DNA of 64,000 bases from an uncultured Solirubrobacterales bacterium (GTDB lineage Bacteria; Actinomycetota; Thermoleophilia; Solirubrobacterales; Solirubrobacteraceae): the NCBI GenBank assembly GCA_963699325.1, contig CAVOTN010000003.1, positions 154,600 to 218,599 on the forward strand, written 5' to 3'. The notes under the pieces were generated by a model, which worked only from the letters and a program-made list of their open reading frames with translations, did not search any database and was not told the origin of the DNA. Both the position numbers and the translations under genes were made by a program. Positions 38,491 through 46,983 of this stretch are shown here, piece after piece. How positions within the stretch are numbered: position 1 is the stretch's first letter; every line of letters starts with the position of its first letter.

Positions 38491-40536
38491 GTGATGTCAG
38501 GGAGACGCTCGCCGTTCGTCAGCGACGCCCGGCGCGAGGGCTCGCCGGGGCGGTCGAGGACGCGGCGGGTCGCGCTCTGCGTGCTCGCGCTGCTCATCGC
38601 CTGGGCGATCACCTACGAGCTCGCGTTTACCGTGTTTACCAGCCTGCTCGACGCCGTCCCATTTCACGGGATCGCGCCCGACGTGGTCTTCCTGATCGCC
38701 GCGTCGCTGCTGATCTGGCGGGGCCTCGGCGGCGAACGCGGCTGGATGCTCATCGGGATCGGCGCGGTGTGCTGGGCTTCGGGCGACATCTACTGGACGC
38801 TCGCGCTCGGGAACCTCGCCAATCCACCGGTGCCGTCCCTGGCGGATGCCGGCTACCTGTCGTTCTGCCCGTTCGCGTTCGCGGGGATCCTGGCGCTCGT
38901 GCGACAGCGGATGTCCGGCGTGCCGAAGGCGCTCGCGGCGGACTCGGCCGCGGCCACCCTCGCGGTCGGCGCACTCGGCGCGGCGCTCGTGGTCCAGCCG
39001 GTTGTCGCCCACGCCGACGGCGGAGTCCTCGCAGTCGCCACAAACCTCGCCTACCCGATCTTCGACCTGCTGCTGCTCGGCCTGATCGTCGGCGCGACCG
39101 CGCTCGGCAACTGGCGCCTGAACCGGACGTGGGTGCTGCTCGGCGCGTCGGTGCTCGCGTTCTGGATCGCCGACAGCGTGTACGTCGTCGCCGACGCCAC
39201 CAACACGTACACCCAGAACGACTGGTACAACGCGCTGTGGTACTGGTCGCCGATACTCGCCGCGTCGGCGGGGTGGCTGCCACGCCGCGTGTCGGTGCCC
39301 GCGCCCGGACGGGTCAGCGCGCGCGGGATCGTCATGCCAGTGGCGTTCGCGTCGGTCGCAATCGGCATCCTCGTCTGGTCGAGCTTCGATCGGGTTGGCG
39401 TGATCGCGATCGTCCTGGCCACGGGCTCGCTGTCGGTGGTCATGGGCCGTCTCGTACTGACGTGGCGAGAGAACGCGCGCCTGCTTCGTGCGAGCCAGGG
39501 GGAGGCGCTGGCCGACGCGCTGACCGGCCTCGGGAATCGGCGCGCGCTGCTTGCCGATCTGGAGCGGCGACTTTCGACGACGCGCGACGACGGCTCGCTC
39601 ACGCTCGTGCTGTTCGACCTCGACGGCTTCAAGCAGTACAACGACAACTTCGGGCACCCGTCGGGGGACGCCCTGCTGCGCCGCCTCGGAGCGAAGCTCG
39701 AGTCTCACCTCGGCGCCACCGGTCGTGTGTACCGGATCGGGGGCGATGAGTTCTGCGCTCTGATCGACGCCCCGCCGGGCGCTTCGGACGCTCACGTGCA
39801 GGCCGCGGCGCGAACGTTGTTCGAGCAGGGAGACGGCTTCACGATCGGGTGCTCGCACGGTGCCGTGCTCCTGCCGACCGAAGCGCAGGATGCGAGTGCC
39901 GCGCTCACGATCGCCGACCAGCGGATGTACGCAGACAAGCGGGTCGGCCGGGTGTCCGCGGCGCAGCAGTCAAAGGATGTGCTACTGCGCGCCGTCGCCG
40001 AGCGAAACCGCGAGCTGGGCGCGCACGGGCGCGATGTCGCTGAGTTGGCCGCCGCCGTCGCCGCCGGGTTCTCCCTGCCACCGGACGAGATCGAGATGAT
40101 CCGCCATGCCGCGGAGCTCCACGATGTCGGCAAGGTGGCGGTGCCAGACGCGATCCTGGACAAGCCGGCTGCGCTCGACGAGACCGAGTGGGCCTTCATC
40201 CACGAGCACACGATGATCGGCGAGAAGATAATCGGGGCTGCGCCCGATCTCGCGCGCGTGGCCAAGCTGGTCCGCTCGAGCCACGAGAACTTCGACGGGA
40301 CCGGCTATCCCGATCGGCTCGCACGCCGAGAGATCCCCCTCGGCGCGCGGATCATCGCGGTGTGCGACGCGTTCGATGCGATGACGACCGACCGGCCCTA
40401 CCGCGCGGCGATGGACGAGGAAAGCGCGCTGGCCGAGCTCGTGCGCTGTGCCGGCACCCAGTTCGACCCGGACGTCGTCGAGCGCTTCTGCGCGGCACTG
40501 GCGCCGGAGCGAACAACTCTGCCGCGCGCGGCGTAA
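38491..40536 (+). CDS. Membrane-bound GGDEF + HD-GYP protein
   Basis: Multiple N-terminal TMs; DLDGFK, YRIGGDEF; LHDVGK, HENFDGTGYP, VCDAFDAMT.DRPYR. Confidence 0.94.
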   Translation: MMSGRRSPFVSDARREGSPGRSRTRRVALCVLALLIAWAITYELAFTVFTSLLDAVPFHGIAPDVVFLIAASLLIWRGLGGERGWMLIGIGAVCWASGDIYWTLALGNLANPPVPSLADAGYLSFCPFAFAGILALVRQRMSGVPKALAADSAAATLAVGALGAALVVQPVVAHADGGVLAVATNLAYPIFDLLLLGLIVGATALGNWRLNRTWVLLGASVLAFWIADSVYVVADATNTYTQNDWYNALWYWSPILAASAGWLPRRVSVPAPGRVSARGIVMPVAFASVAIGILVWSSFDRVGVIAIVLATGSLSVVMGRLVLTWRENARLLRASQGEALADALTGLGNRRALLADLERRLSTTRDDGSLTLVLFDLDGFKQYNDNFGHPSGDALLRRLGAKLESHLGATGRVYRIGGDEFCALIDAPPGASDAHVQAAARTLFEQGDGFTIGCSHGAVLLPTEAQDASAALTIADQRMYADKRVGRVSAAQQSKDVLLRAVAERNRELGAHGRDVAELAAAVAAGFSLPPDEIEMIRHAAELHDVGKVAVPDAILDKPAALDETEWAFIHEHTMIGEKIIGAAPDLARVAKLVRSSHENFDGTGYPDRLARREIPLGARIIAVCDAFDAMTTDRPYRAAMDEESALAELVRCAGTQFDPDVVERFCAALAPERTTLPRAA

Positions 40537-40650
40537 CGTGGGGTCGCCGCTGAGCTCGAATCGGCGGTCGCGTGGCGCATAGAGGACCGATCCTGGCCTA
40601 AAACGCGGATACGGTCTCGGACACTGTCAGTGGACCGAAAGGAGCATCTA

Positions 40651-41538
40651 ATGGCCGAGCGAGACCGCTACATCCCGGGCGTGCCGTGCTGGATCGACAC
40701 GAGCCAGCCCGACCCGGAGGCCGCCGTTTCCTTCTATCGCGACCTGTTCGGCTGGGACGTCGAGGACGTTATGCCGCACGGGGCGCAGGGCAGCTACTTC
40801 ATCGCCCGGATCCGAGGCGGAGATGTCGCGGGTATCGGCGGGGTCGCCGAAGGAGCGCCGCCGGTCGCCGGCTGGAACACCTACGTCTGGGTCGACAGCG
40901 CGGACGAGATGGCTCCGAAAGTCAAGGACGCCGGCGGCACCGTGCTCACGGAGCCGTTCGACGTCATGGAGTCCGGCCGTATGGCGATGTTCGCCGATCC
41001 CGAGGGGGCGGCGTTCTGTGTCTGGCAGCCCAACCAGCACCGGGGCGCGCAGGTCGTCAACGAGGCCGGCTCCCTGAACTTCAACAACTTGAACACTCGC
41101 GACGCGGAGCGCGCGAAATCGTTCTACGGCGCGGTCTTCGGGTGGCGGACGATTGCGATGGACGGCGGCGTCGAGGCCTGGACGTTGCCCGGATACGGCG
41201 ATCACCTCGAGCTCCTCAATCCGGGAACGCGCGAGCGAATGGCCGCGATGGGCGCGCCGGCCGGTTTCGAGGACGTGGTGGCGACCCTCACCCCGCTGCC
41301 GGACGACCACGAGGACGTCTCCGCGCACTGGAGCGTGACGTTCGCCACCGACGACGCCGACGCGACCGCGGAGCGGGCCGCCGCCCTGGGCGGGAAGCTG
41401 CTGGCGCCGCCGTTCGACGCCCCCTGGGTCCGGATGACGATCGTCGCCGACCCACAGGGCGCGACGTTCATCGCGAGCCAGTTCGCCCCCGAGAACAGGG
41501 AGGTCCCCGCCCCCGGGAGCGCATCAGTGAGCGCCTAG
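40651..41538 (+). CDS. VOC family (glyoxalase/bleomycin resistance) two-domain protein
   Basis: GVPCWID, FYRDLFGW, GRMAMFADPEGAAF, DPQGATF. Confidence 0.93.
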   Translation: MAERDRYIPGVPCWIDTSQPDPEAAVSFYRDLFGWDVEDVMPHGAQGSYFIARIRGGDVAGIGGVAEGAPPVAGWNTYVWVDSADEMAPKVKDAGGTVLTEPFDVMESGRMAMFADPEGAAFCVWQPNQHRGAQVVNEAGSLNFNNLNTRDAERAKSFYGAVFGWRTIAMDGGVEAWTLPGYGDHLELLNPGTRERMAAMGAPAGFEDVVATLTPLPDDHEDVSAHWSVTFATDDADATAERAAALGGKLLAPPFDAPWVRMTIVADPQGATFIASQFAPENREVPAPGSASVSA

Positions 41539-41543
41539 CCGCC

Positions 41544-42941
41544 TCAGAACAGCTGCAGGTAGCGGTCGAGCTCCCACTGGGTGATCTGCTCGTGCGCGGC
41601 CTGCCACTCGCGGCGCTTGACCTTCGCGAAGTAATCGACGTAATCGCCGTCGCGGGTCTTGCCGAACGCGGCGCGGAGCACATCGTTCTTCTCGAGTTCG
41701 CGGACGGCGTCGAGCAGGTTGGCCGGGAGCAGCTCGATTCCGGCCGCCTCGCGCTCATCGGGATGCATCTCGTACAGGTTGGCCGAGTTCGGCTCGCCGG
41801 CGTCGAGCTCGCGGTCGATGCCGTCGAGTCCGGACGCGAGCATCGCGGTCGCCGCGAGGTATGGGTTGCACGAGCCGTCGACCGTCCGATCCTCGATCCG
41901 GCCGGCGTCAGGAATCCGGAGCATCTGCGTGCGATTGTTGTAGCCGTAGCTCACGTACGCCGGCGCCCAGGTCGCGCCGCTCGTCGGCGCGCCCACGACG
42001 AGGCGCTTGTACGAGTTCACCGTCGGGGCGGTGACCGCGATGTAGGCCTTGGCGTTGGCCTTCAGCCCGCCGATGAACTGGTACGCGAGCTCGGATAGGC
42101 CAAGGCCGCGGGGATCATCCGCAGCGTCGCGCTCGAACACGTTCTCACCGTTCGACCACAGGCTGACGTGGAAATGGCAGCCGTTCCCGGTCAGGTTCGC
42201 GAACGGCTTGGGCATGAACGTGGCGATCAGCCCGCGCTGCTGCGCCAGCGACTCGACCATGTAGCGGTAGAACACAGCCCGGTCGCAGGTCGTCAGCGCG
42301 TCGTCGAACTGGAAGTTCTGCTCGAACTGACCATTCGCGTCCTCATGGTCGGTGGCGTAGTTGTCCCACCCAAGCCCGGTCACGGCCTTTGAGACCTGCG
42401 AGACGAAGTCGAGGTTGCGGGTCAGCGCGCGCATGTCGTAGCAGGGCAGGTCGAGGGTGTCGAGCTTGTCGGCGACCTCGATCCCGCCGTCCTCAGTGCG
42501 GCGGACCAGGAAGTACTCGAGCTCGGCGCCCATCTTCAGCTCGAACCCGAGCTCCTTGGCTCGCGCGAGCTGATTGCGCAGGATCGTGCGCGGACAGAAG
42601 GGCCATGGCTCGCCCTCGACCGTCACGTCGCACGCGAATCGCGCCACGTTCGGCTGCCACGGCAGGATCGTCAGCGTGGTCGGGTCGGGGATCGCGATCA
42701 TGTCCGGATCGTGGGGGCCCTGGCCGATGTCGCCGGCGGCGAACCCGGCGAAGCCCGCGCCGTCGGTGAGCAGGTCGTCGATGTGGTGCGCCGGGACGAG
42801 CTTGGCGCTCGGTTTGCCGTGCATGTCCACGAACTGAGCGAACAGGAACTCGATCTGTCGCTCGCTGATGATTCGCCGGACGTCGTCGGCGTCGCTGACC
42901 TGCGGCGCGGGCTCGATGCGGTGCTCAGTTGAGATAGCCAT
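41544..42941 (-). CDS. gmaS: Type III glutamine synthetase-like enzyme, probable gamma-glutamylmethylamide synthetase (GlnT/GmaS)
   Basis: QFVDMHG, GAGFAGFA, DHEDANGQFEQNF, FMPKPF..LTGNGCH, PTVNSYKR, NRTQMLRIP; linked to mgsABC-like genes. Confidence 0.82.
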   Translation of the reverse strand: MAISTEHRIEPAPQVSDADDVRRIISERQIEFLFAQFVDMHGKPSAKLVPAHHIDDLLTDGAGFAGFAAGDIGQGPHDPDMIAIPDPTTLTILPWQPNVARFACDVTVEGEPWPFCPRTILRNQLARAKELGFELKMGAELEYFLVRRTEDGGIEVADKLDTLDLPCYDMRALTRNLDFVSQVSKAVTGLGWDNYATDHEDANGQFEQNFQFDDALTTCDRAVFYRYMVESLAQQRGLIATFMPKPFANLTGNGCHFHVSLWSNGENVFERDAADDPRGLGLSELAYQFIGGLKANAKAYIAVTAPTVNSYKRLVVGAPTSGATWAPAYVSYGYNNRTQMLRIPDAGRIEDRTVDGSCNPYLAATAMLASGLDGIDRELDAGEPNSANLYEMHPDEREAAGIELLPANLLDAVRELEKNDVLRAAFGKTRDGDYVDYFAKVKRREWQAAHEQITQWELDRYLQLF

Positions 42942-43008
42942 GTGCGAGGTATATCCCGACCGAAGGGCATCCGGCAATGGCCGCAGGCACCGGGTATCGG
43001 GGGCTAGG

Positions 43009-43025
43009 ATGTGCTCTTCGCACAT
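43009..43025. promoter_or_regulatory. Palindrome, candidate operator of the GAF-PucR regulator
   Basis: ATGTGC-tcttc-GCACAT; second TCGCACAT half-site at 42940-42947 (minus strand). Confidence 0.5.
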
Positions 43026-43038
43026 AGGAGGCCAATCT

Positions 43039-44814
43039 CTGTCGACAACCTCTGAGGCCCGCGGGCTTCACGAAGAGAACCGCACCCTTTACCGGGTGAT
43101 CAACCTCGTCGGCTCGTCGATCGAGCTCGGCCCGATGCTGCAGGGGATCGTCGACCTCGCCACCGAGGCGACCGGTTGCCACGCGTGCTTCATCTACCTG
43201 GTCGAGGGCGGGGTGCTCACGATCCGGGCCGCCTCGCCGGTGTATGCCGGGGCGGTCGGTGTCGTACAGATGCGGCTCGACGAGGGGCTGACCGGATGGG
43301 TCGCCAGGCACCGCCAGCCCGAGTTCATCCGCGACAACGCGATGGCCGACCCGCGGATGAAGTTCATTCCTGTGCTCGAGGAGGAGCGCTTCCAGTCGAT
43401 GGTGGCTGTCCCGATTCTCTCCCGCGCGGGTGAGACGATCGGCGTGATCGTGCTCCACACCGAGGCGCCGCGCGAGTTCACCGAGGACACGCTCAAACTG
43501 CTCGTCCACATCGCGTCCCTGGTGTCGGGCGCGATCGAGAACGCGCAGCTGTACGACCAGCAGCGCCGCCGGGTCGACGCGCTGACGAGCCTGTCCGGAC
43601 TCGCGCAGGAGGTCGCGACCGCGGGCGACGCCGCGGAGATCGGGCGCGCGGTCACGCTCGGGATGCGGCGGCTGCTCGGGGCCGAGGTGTGCCAGCTCTA
43701 CCGGTTGGACCGCGACGGCAGCGGCCTCCAGCTCCTGTTCTCCTCGCCGGAGACGACGGCGGAGCTCGAGGCCCTGTCGGCGACGGCGCTACTCCTGGCG
43801 GCGTTTGACGCGAGCGCGTCGCGACCGCCGGCGCGAACGTTGTGGCCTGGCCTCGATGTCGCCGATCTGCTGATGACCCCGCTCGTGTCGGGTGGCGAGC
43901 GGCTCGGGCTGCTGTGCGCCGGCGCGCCGCCACGACGGCCGTTCACCGGCGAGGACACGGAGATGGCGCGCGCAATCGCGCATCTGGCGGCGATCGCGAT
44001 CAAGCGGGCGGAGCTGATCGAGGGGCTGACCAATGCGAACACGGTCAAGGACCTGTTCGAGGCGCTCGCCGCGGGCGCGACGACGTTTGCGGCCACGAAG
44101 GCGGGGGAGGTTCGTTGCGACCTGTCGCGGCCGTACGTGATGCTGTGCGCCGAGCCGGCCGCCGGCCGTGAGCAGGGCTCGGGCGAGTGGCGGGCCGCGG
44201 CCGAGGTGCTCGGCAGGGATCTGTCCGAGCTCGCGCCGCGCGCCGCGGTCGAGGCCGGTCCGGGCCCGGTGCGGGCGGTGCTGTCGTTGGGCACCCGCGG
44301 TCCACAACGGATCGAAGAGGTGGTACGGGGGTGCCGCGAGCTCGGCCGGCGTCGCGGCGCCGCGATCGGGCTGAGTGAGCTCCACGAGTCCGCGGCCGAC
44401 TCGGCGCGCGCCTATCGCCAGGCCCTCGACGCGACGATGATCGGGCGCGCGTTGCTCGGCGACGGCGGCGCGATCGGGTATGCCGAGGTGGGCGCGTACC
44501 GGTACCTCGTGCACATCGGCGCCGAGAACGCCCCGCACGATCGCATGCGGGCCGCCGTCGACCGCCTGATCGCGTACGACGCGCGGCGGCGCACATCGCT
44601 GCTCGACACGCTCGAGCGTTATCTGGCCGAGCGGCGGAGCGTGATCGAGTCAGCGCGCGAGCTGTTCATCCACCCGAACACGCTGCGCCAGCGCCTCGGG
44701 CGGATCGAGGAGCTGACCGGCCTGCACCTCGACGAGGACGACCTGCTGTCGCTCGAGCTGGCGATCAAGCTGGCGCGGCTGCACGGCCGTCCGGGGGCAG
44801 CGCGCCTCGGATAG
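43039..44814 (+). CDS. GAF-GAF-PucR/CdaR family transcriptional regulator; CTG 43039 (or ATG 43009) start
   Basis: Two GAF regions; LLDTLERYL, ARELFIHPNTLRQRLGRIEELTG PucR HTH. Confidence 0.92.
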   Translation: MSTTSEARGLHEENRTLYRVINLVGSSIELGPMLQGIVDLATEATGCHACFIYLVEGGVLTIRAASPVYAGAVGVVQMRLDEGLTGWVARHRQPEFIRDNAMADPRMKFIPVLEEERFQSMVAVPILSRAGETIGVIVLHTEAPREFTEDTLKLLVHIASLVSGAIENAQLYDQQRRRVDALTSLSGLAQEVATAGDAAEIGRAVTLGMRRLLGAEVCQLYRLDRDGSGLQLLFSSPETTAELEALSATALLLAAFDASASRPPARTLWPGLDVADLLMTPLVSGGERLGLLCAGAPPRRPFTGEDTEMARAIAHLAAIAIKRAELIEGLTNANTVKDLFEALAAGATTFAATKAGEVRCDLSRPYVMLCAEPAAGREQGSGEWRAAAEVLGRDLSELAPRAAVEAGPGPVRAVLSLGTRGPQRIEEVVRGCRELGRRRGAAIGLSELHESAADSARAYRQALDATMIGRALLGDGGAIGYAEVGAYRYLVHIGAENAPHDRMRAAVDRLIAYDARRRTSLLDTLERYLAERRSVIESARELFIHPNTLRQRLGRIEELTGLHLDEDDLLSLELAIKLARLHGRPGAARLG

Positions 44815-44823
44815 CGCAGCCTC

Positions 44824-45327
44824 TTACTCCTCGTCGAACACCAGGAACACGGCGATCTTCGCCCTGTTCGCCTTGCGGCGGACCCGTTGCGGCTCCTGTG
44901 ACCAGACGAAGTCGGCGACGAACCGGTTGCGGTCGGGGTCGGCGGCCATCACGATCGCGTCGCAGCCCGCGAACTTGGCCTCGTCGATGATCCGCTTGGT
45001 CGACTTGCGCGTGCCCACGACGTGCCCGTCGGCATCGATGCCCTTGCGCTCGAGGCGCTTGACCGCCTTGTCCACGATCGAGCGCTGCTCGGCCCACTCG
45101 GCCTTGGTCGGGAGCAGGCCCGGGCTTTGCATCCCGAACGCGACGCCGTGAATGCGGGCGATCGTGAACACCCGGACGCTGGCATCCGAGGGTTTGGCGA
45201 GCTCAACCACGCGCGCGATCGCGGCGTCGGAGAACGGCCGGCCCTCGGACGCGAGCAGGATCCGCTCGAACGGCCCCTCGGACGGGCTTCCGGGCTCCTG
45301 TTTTGTCAGCCTGGCCGTCGCACTCAC
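44824..45327 (-). CDS. Universal stress protein
   Basis: FERILLASEG, DAIVMAAD; GTGA overlap with permease. Confidence 0.78.
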   Translation of the reverse strand: MSATARLTKQEPGSPSEGPFERILLASEGRPFSDAAIARVVELAKPSDASVRVFTIARIHGVAFGMQSPGLLPTKAEWAEQRSIVDKAVKRLERKGIDADGHVVGTRKSTKRIIDEAKFAGCDAIVMAADPDRNRFVADFVWSQEPQRVRRKANRAKIAVFLVFDEE

Positions 45328-46886
45328 GGGTCGGACGCGCCCGCGATCGGGGCAGGCGTACCCGCCGCGACCATCTGCTCGGCCGGCGCCGGTCGCTTGT
45401 CCTCGACTCGCTTGCGGTAGGCGTAGAAGAGCAGGTAGGACAGCAGCACGGCCCAGCCGATGAAGTAGTACGGCAGCGTCTTGCGCCCGGCGGCGTTACA
45501 CGTGCAGTTCGCGTACACGGGGCCGCCGTAGAAGTAGATGACCGCGTACACCGCCGCGATCACCAGCGCGACGTACTTCATCCACTCCGGCAGCTTGAAC
45601 GGCCGGCGCACGTTCGGGCGGTGCTTGCGGAGCAGGAAGTAGCCGATCAGCACCGGGATGAACGAGGCGAGGTAGCCGACGTTCGAGAACGTGTAGATCT
45701 CGACCGCGCCGCCCATGAACACGACCGCGATCGAGCAGGCGACGTTGAACCACATCGCGCGGTTCGGTACGCCGTGCTGGTTGACCCGCTGGAAGAAGCG
45801 CGGGAACTGACCGTCGGTCGACATCTGGTGCAGCGACCGGGCGGTGCCGGTGATCGCGTTCAGCGCCGACAGGATCAGCGCCAGGATCAGCATGATCGCG
45901 ATCAACCACTCGAGGATGCTGCTGCCGGTCCCCGTCCCGAACACGGCTGCGGCGTAGTGGACGAAGATCGTCTTGGGGTCGACGAGCGCCGCGTTCCCGA
46001 GCGCGGGGAGACCGAGCACGATGATGAACGCCACCGGGATCATCGTGTAGATGAACAGGCCATAGAGGCCCTCGAGGTTCATCGCGATCTTGGCATCGCG
46101 GTCGGGGTTGCGGGTCTCGCCGATGTAGCACGCGGCGGCCTCCATCGCGATCACGTTCCACGTCAACAGGAACGAGAACGCGAGGTACAAAGTGAGCCAT
46201 CCGTGCCCGAACAGCGGCGTGAAGAAGCCGCTGCCGTTGACGTGGCGGAAGTGCCACAACCAGTCGAAGTTGACCGCTGAGGGATTGAAGATCCACGAGA
46301 TCGCCAGGAACGTCAGCGGGATCATCGAAAGCAGCGCCAGTGTGGTCGCGAACACCGTCCCGAACCGGAGCCCCCTCACCGCCGGAATCGCAAGCAGCAG
46401 CAGCCCGCCGATCGAGATCCCAAGCGTCCACCAGGCGATCGGCGTGTGGATCGGGGTGAAGCCAGCCGTCGAGAGCTTGAAGCGGTCGACGATGTAGAAC
46501 GAGGCCAGGATCATGTTAAGCGGCGCAACCGGGAACCAGCCGAGCCAGTACGCCCAGGCCGTGAACCCGTTCACGTGCTCGGCGAACCGGGGCCATCTGT
46601 CCTTGTAAGCCGGGTACGCGTAGGACGGCAGGCCGCCGGAGCGGTCGGGCATCATTGCCGACAGCTCAGCGAGCAGCAGGCACACGATGTACCCGCTGAT
46701 CGTGATCACCACGATCACGGGAACGGACGCGGCACCGAGCTCGGTGACCATCACCGGCGCGATCCCGGTGACCAGGATCGTGCCCGCGAGGCCGATTACG
46801 AACGCGCCCCACCAGTTCGTCGTCTTCGGCAACCCGGCAGACTCGTATACGAGTTCGTCGTGTCCCGCTGATGAACCGTCCGCCAT
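45324..46886 (-). CDS. APC family amino acid/amine permease
   Basis: About 12 TMs; AELSAMMP.RSGG, YIGET.NP, RPFKLP. Confidence 0.93.
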   Translation of the reverse strand: MADGSSAGHDELVYESAGLPKTTNWWGAFVIGLAGTILVTGIAPVMVTELGAASVPVIVVITISGYIVCLLLAELSAMMPDRSGGLPSYAYPAYKDRWPRFAEHVNGFTAWAYWLGWFPVAPLNMILASFYIVDRFKLSTAGFTPIHTPIAWWTLGISIGGLLLLAIPAVRGLRFGTVFATTLALLSMIPLTFLAISWIFNPSAVNFDWLWHFRHVNGSGFFTPLFGHGWLTLYLAFSFLLTWNVIAMEAAACYIGETRNPDRDAKIAMNLEGLYGLFIYTMIPVAFIIVLGLPALGNAALVDPKTIFVHYAAAVFGTGTGSSILEWLIAIMLILALILSALNAITGTARSLHQMSTDGQFPRFFQRVNQHGVPNRAMWFNVACSIAVVFMGGAVEIYTFSNVGYLASFIPVLIGYFLLRKHRPNVRRPFKLPEWMKYVALVIAAVYAVIYFYGGPVYANCTCNAAGRKTLPYYFIGWAVLLSYLLFYAYRKRVEDKRPAPAEQMVAAGTPAPIAGASDP

Positions 46887-46983
46887 GTGTCCTCCAAAAC
46901 GCGGTTGTACTTACCCGCGGCTAGGCTCCCACGTGGCCGGTGCACGTCCCAGGCGAGATGCGCACACAATTGCGGGTCCCCAC

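Noticed and set aside
37107-42941. Polyamine catabolic cluster (agmatinase + gamma-glutamylpolyamine synthetase)
   Set aside because: The GS-like protein has GlnT/GmaS-type motifs and is linked to mgsABC; agmatinase is separated by unrelated genes. Not excluded without assay
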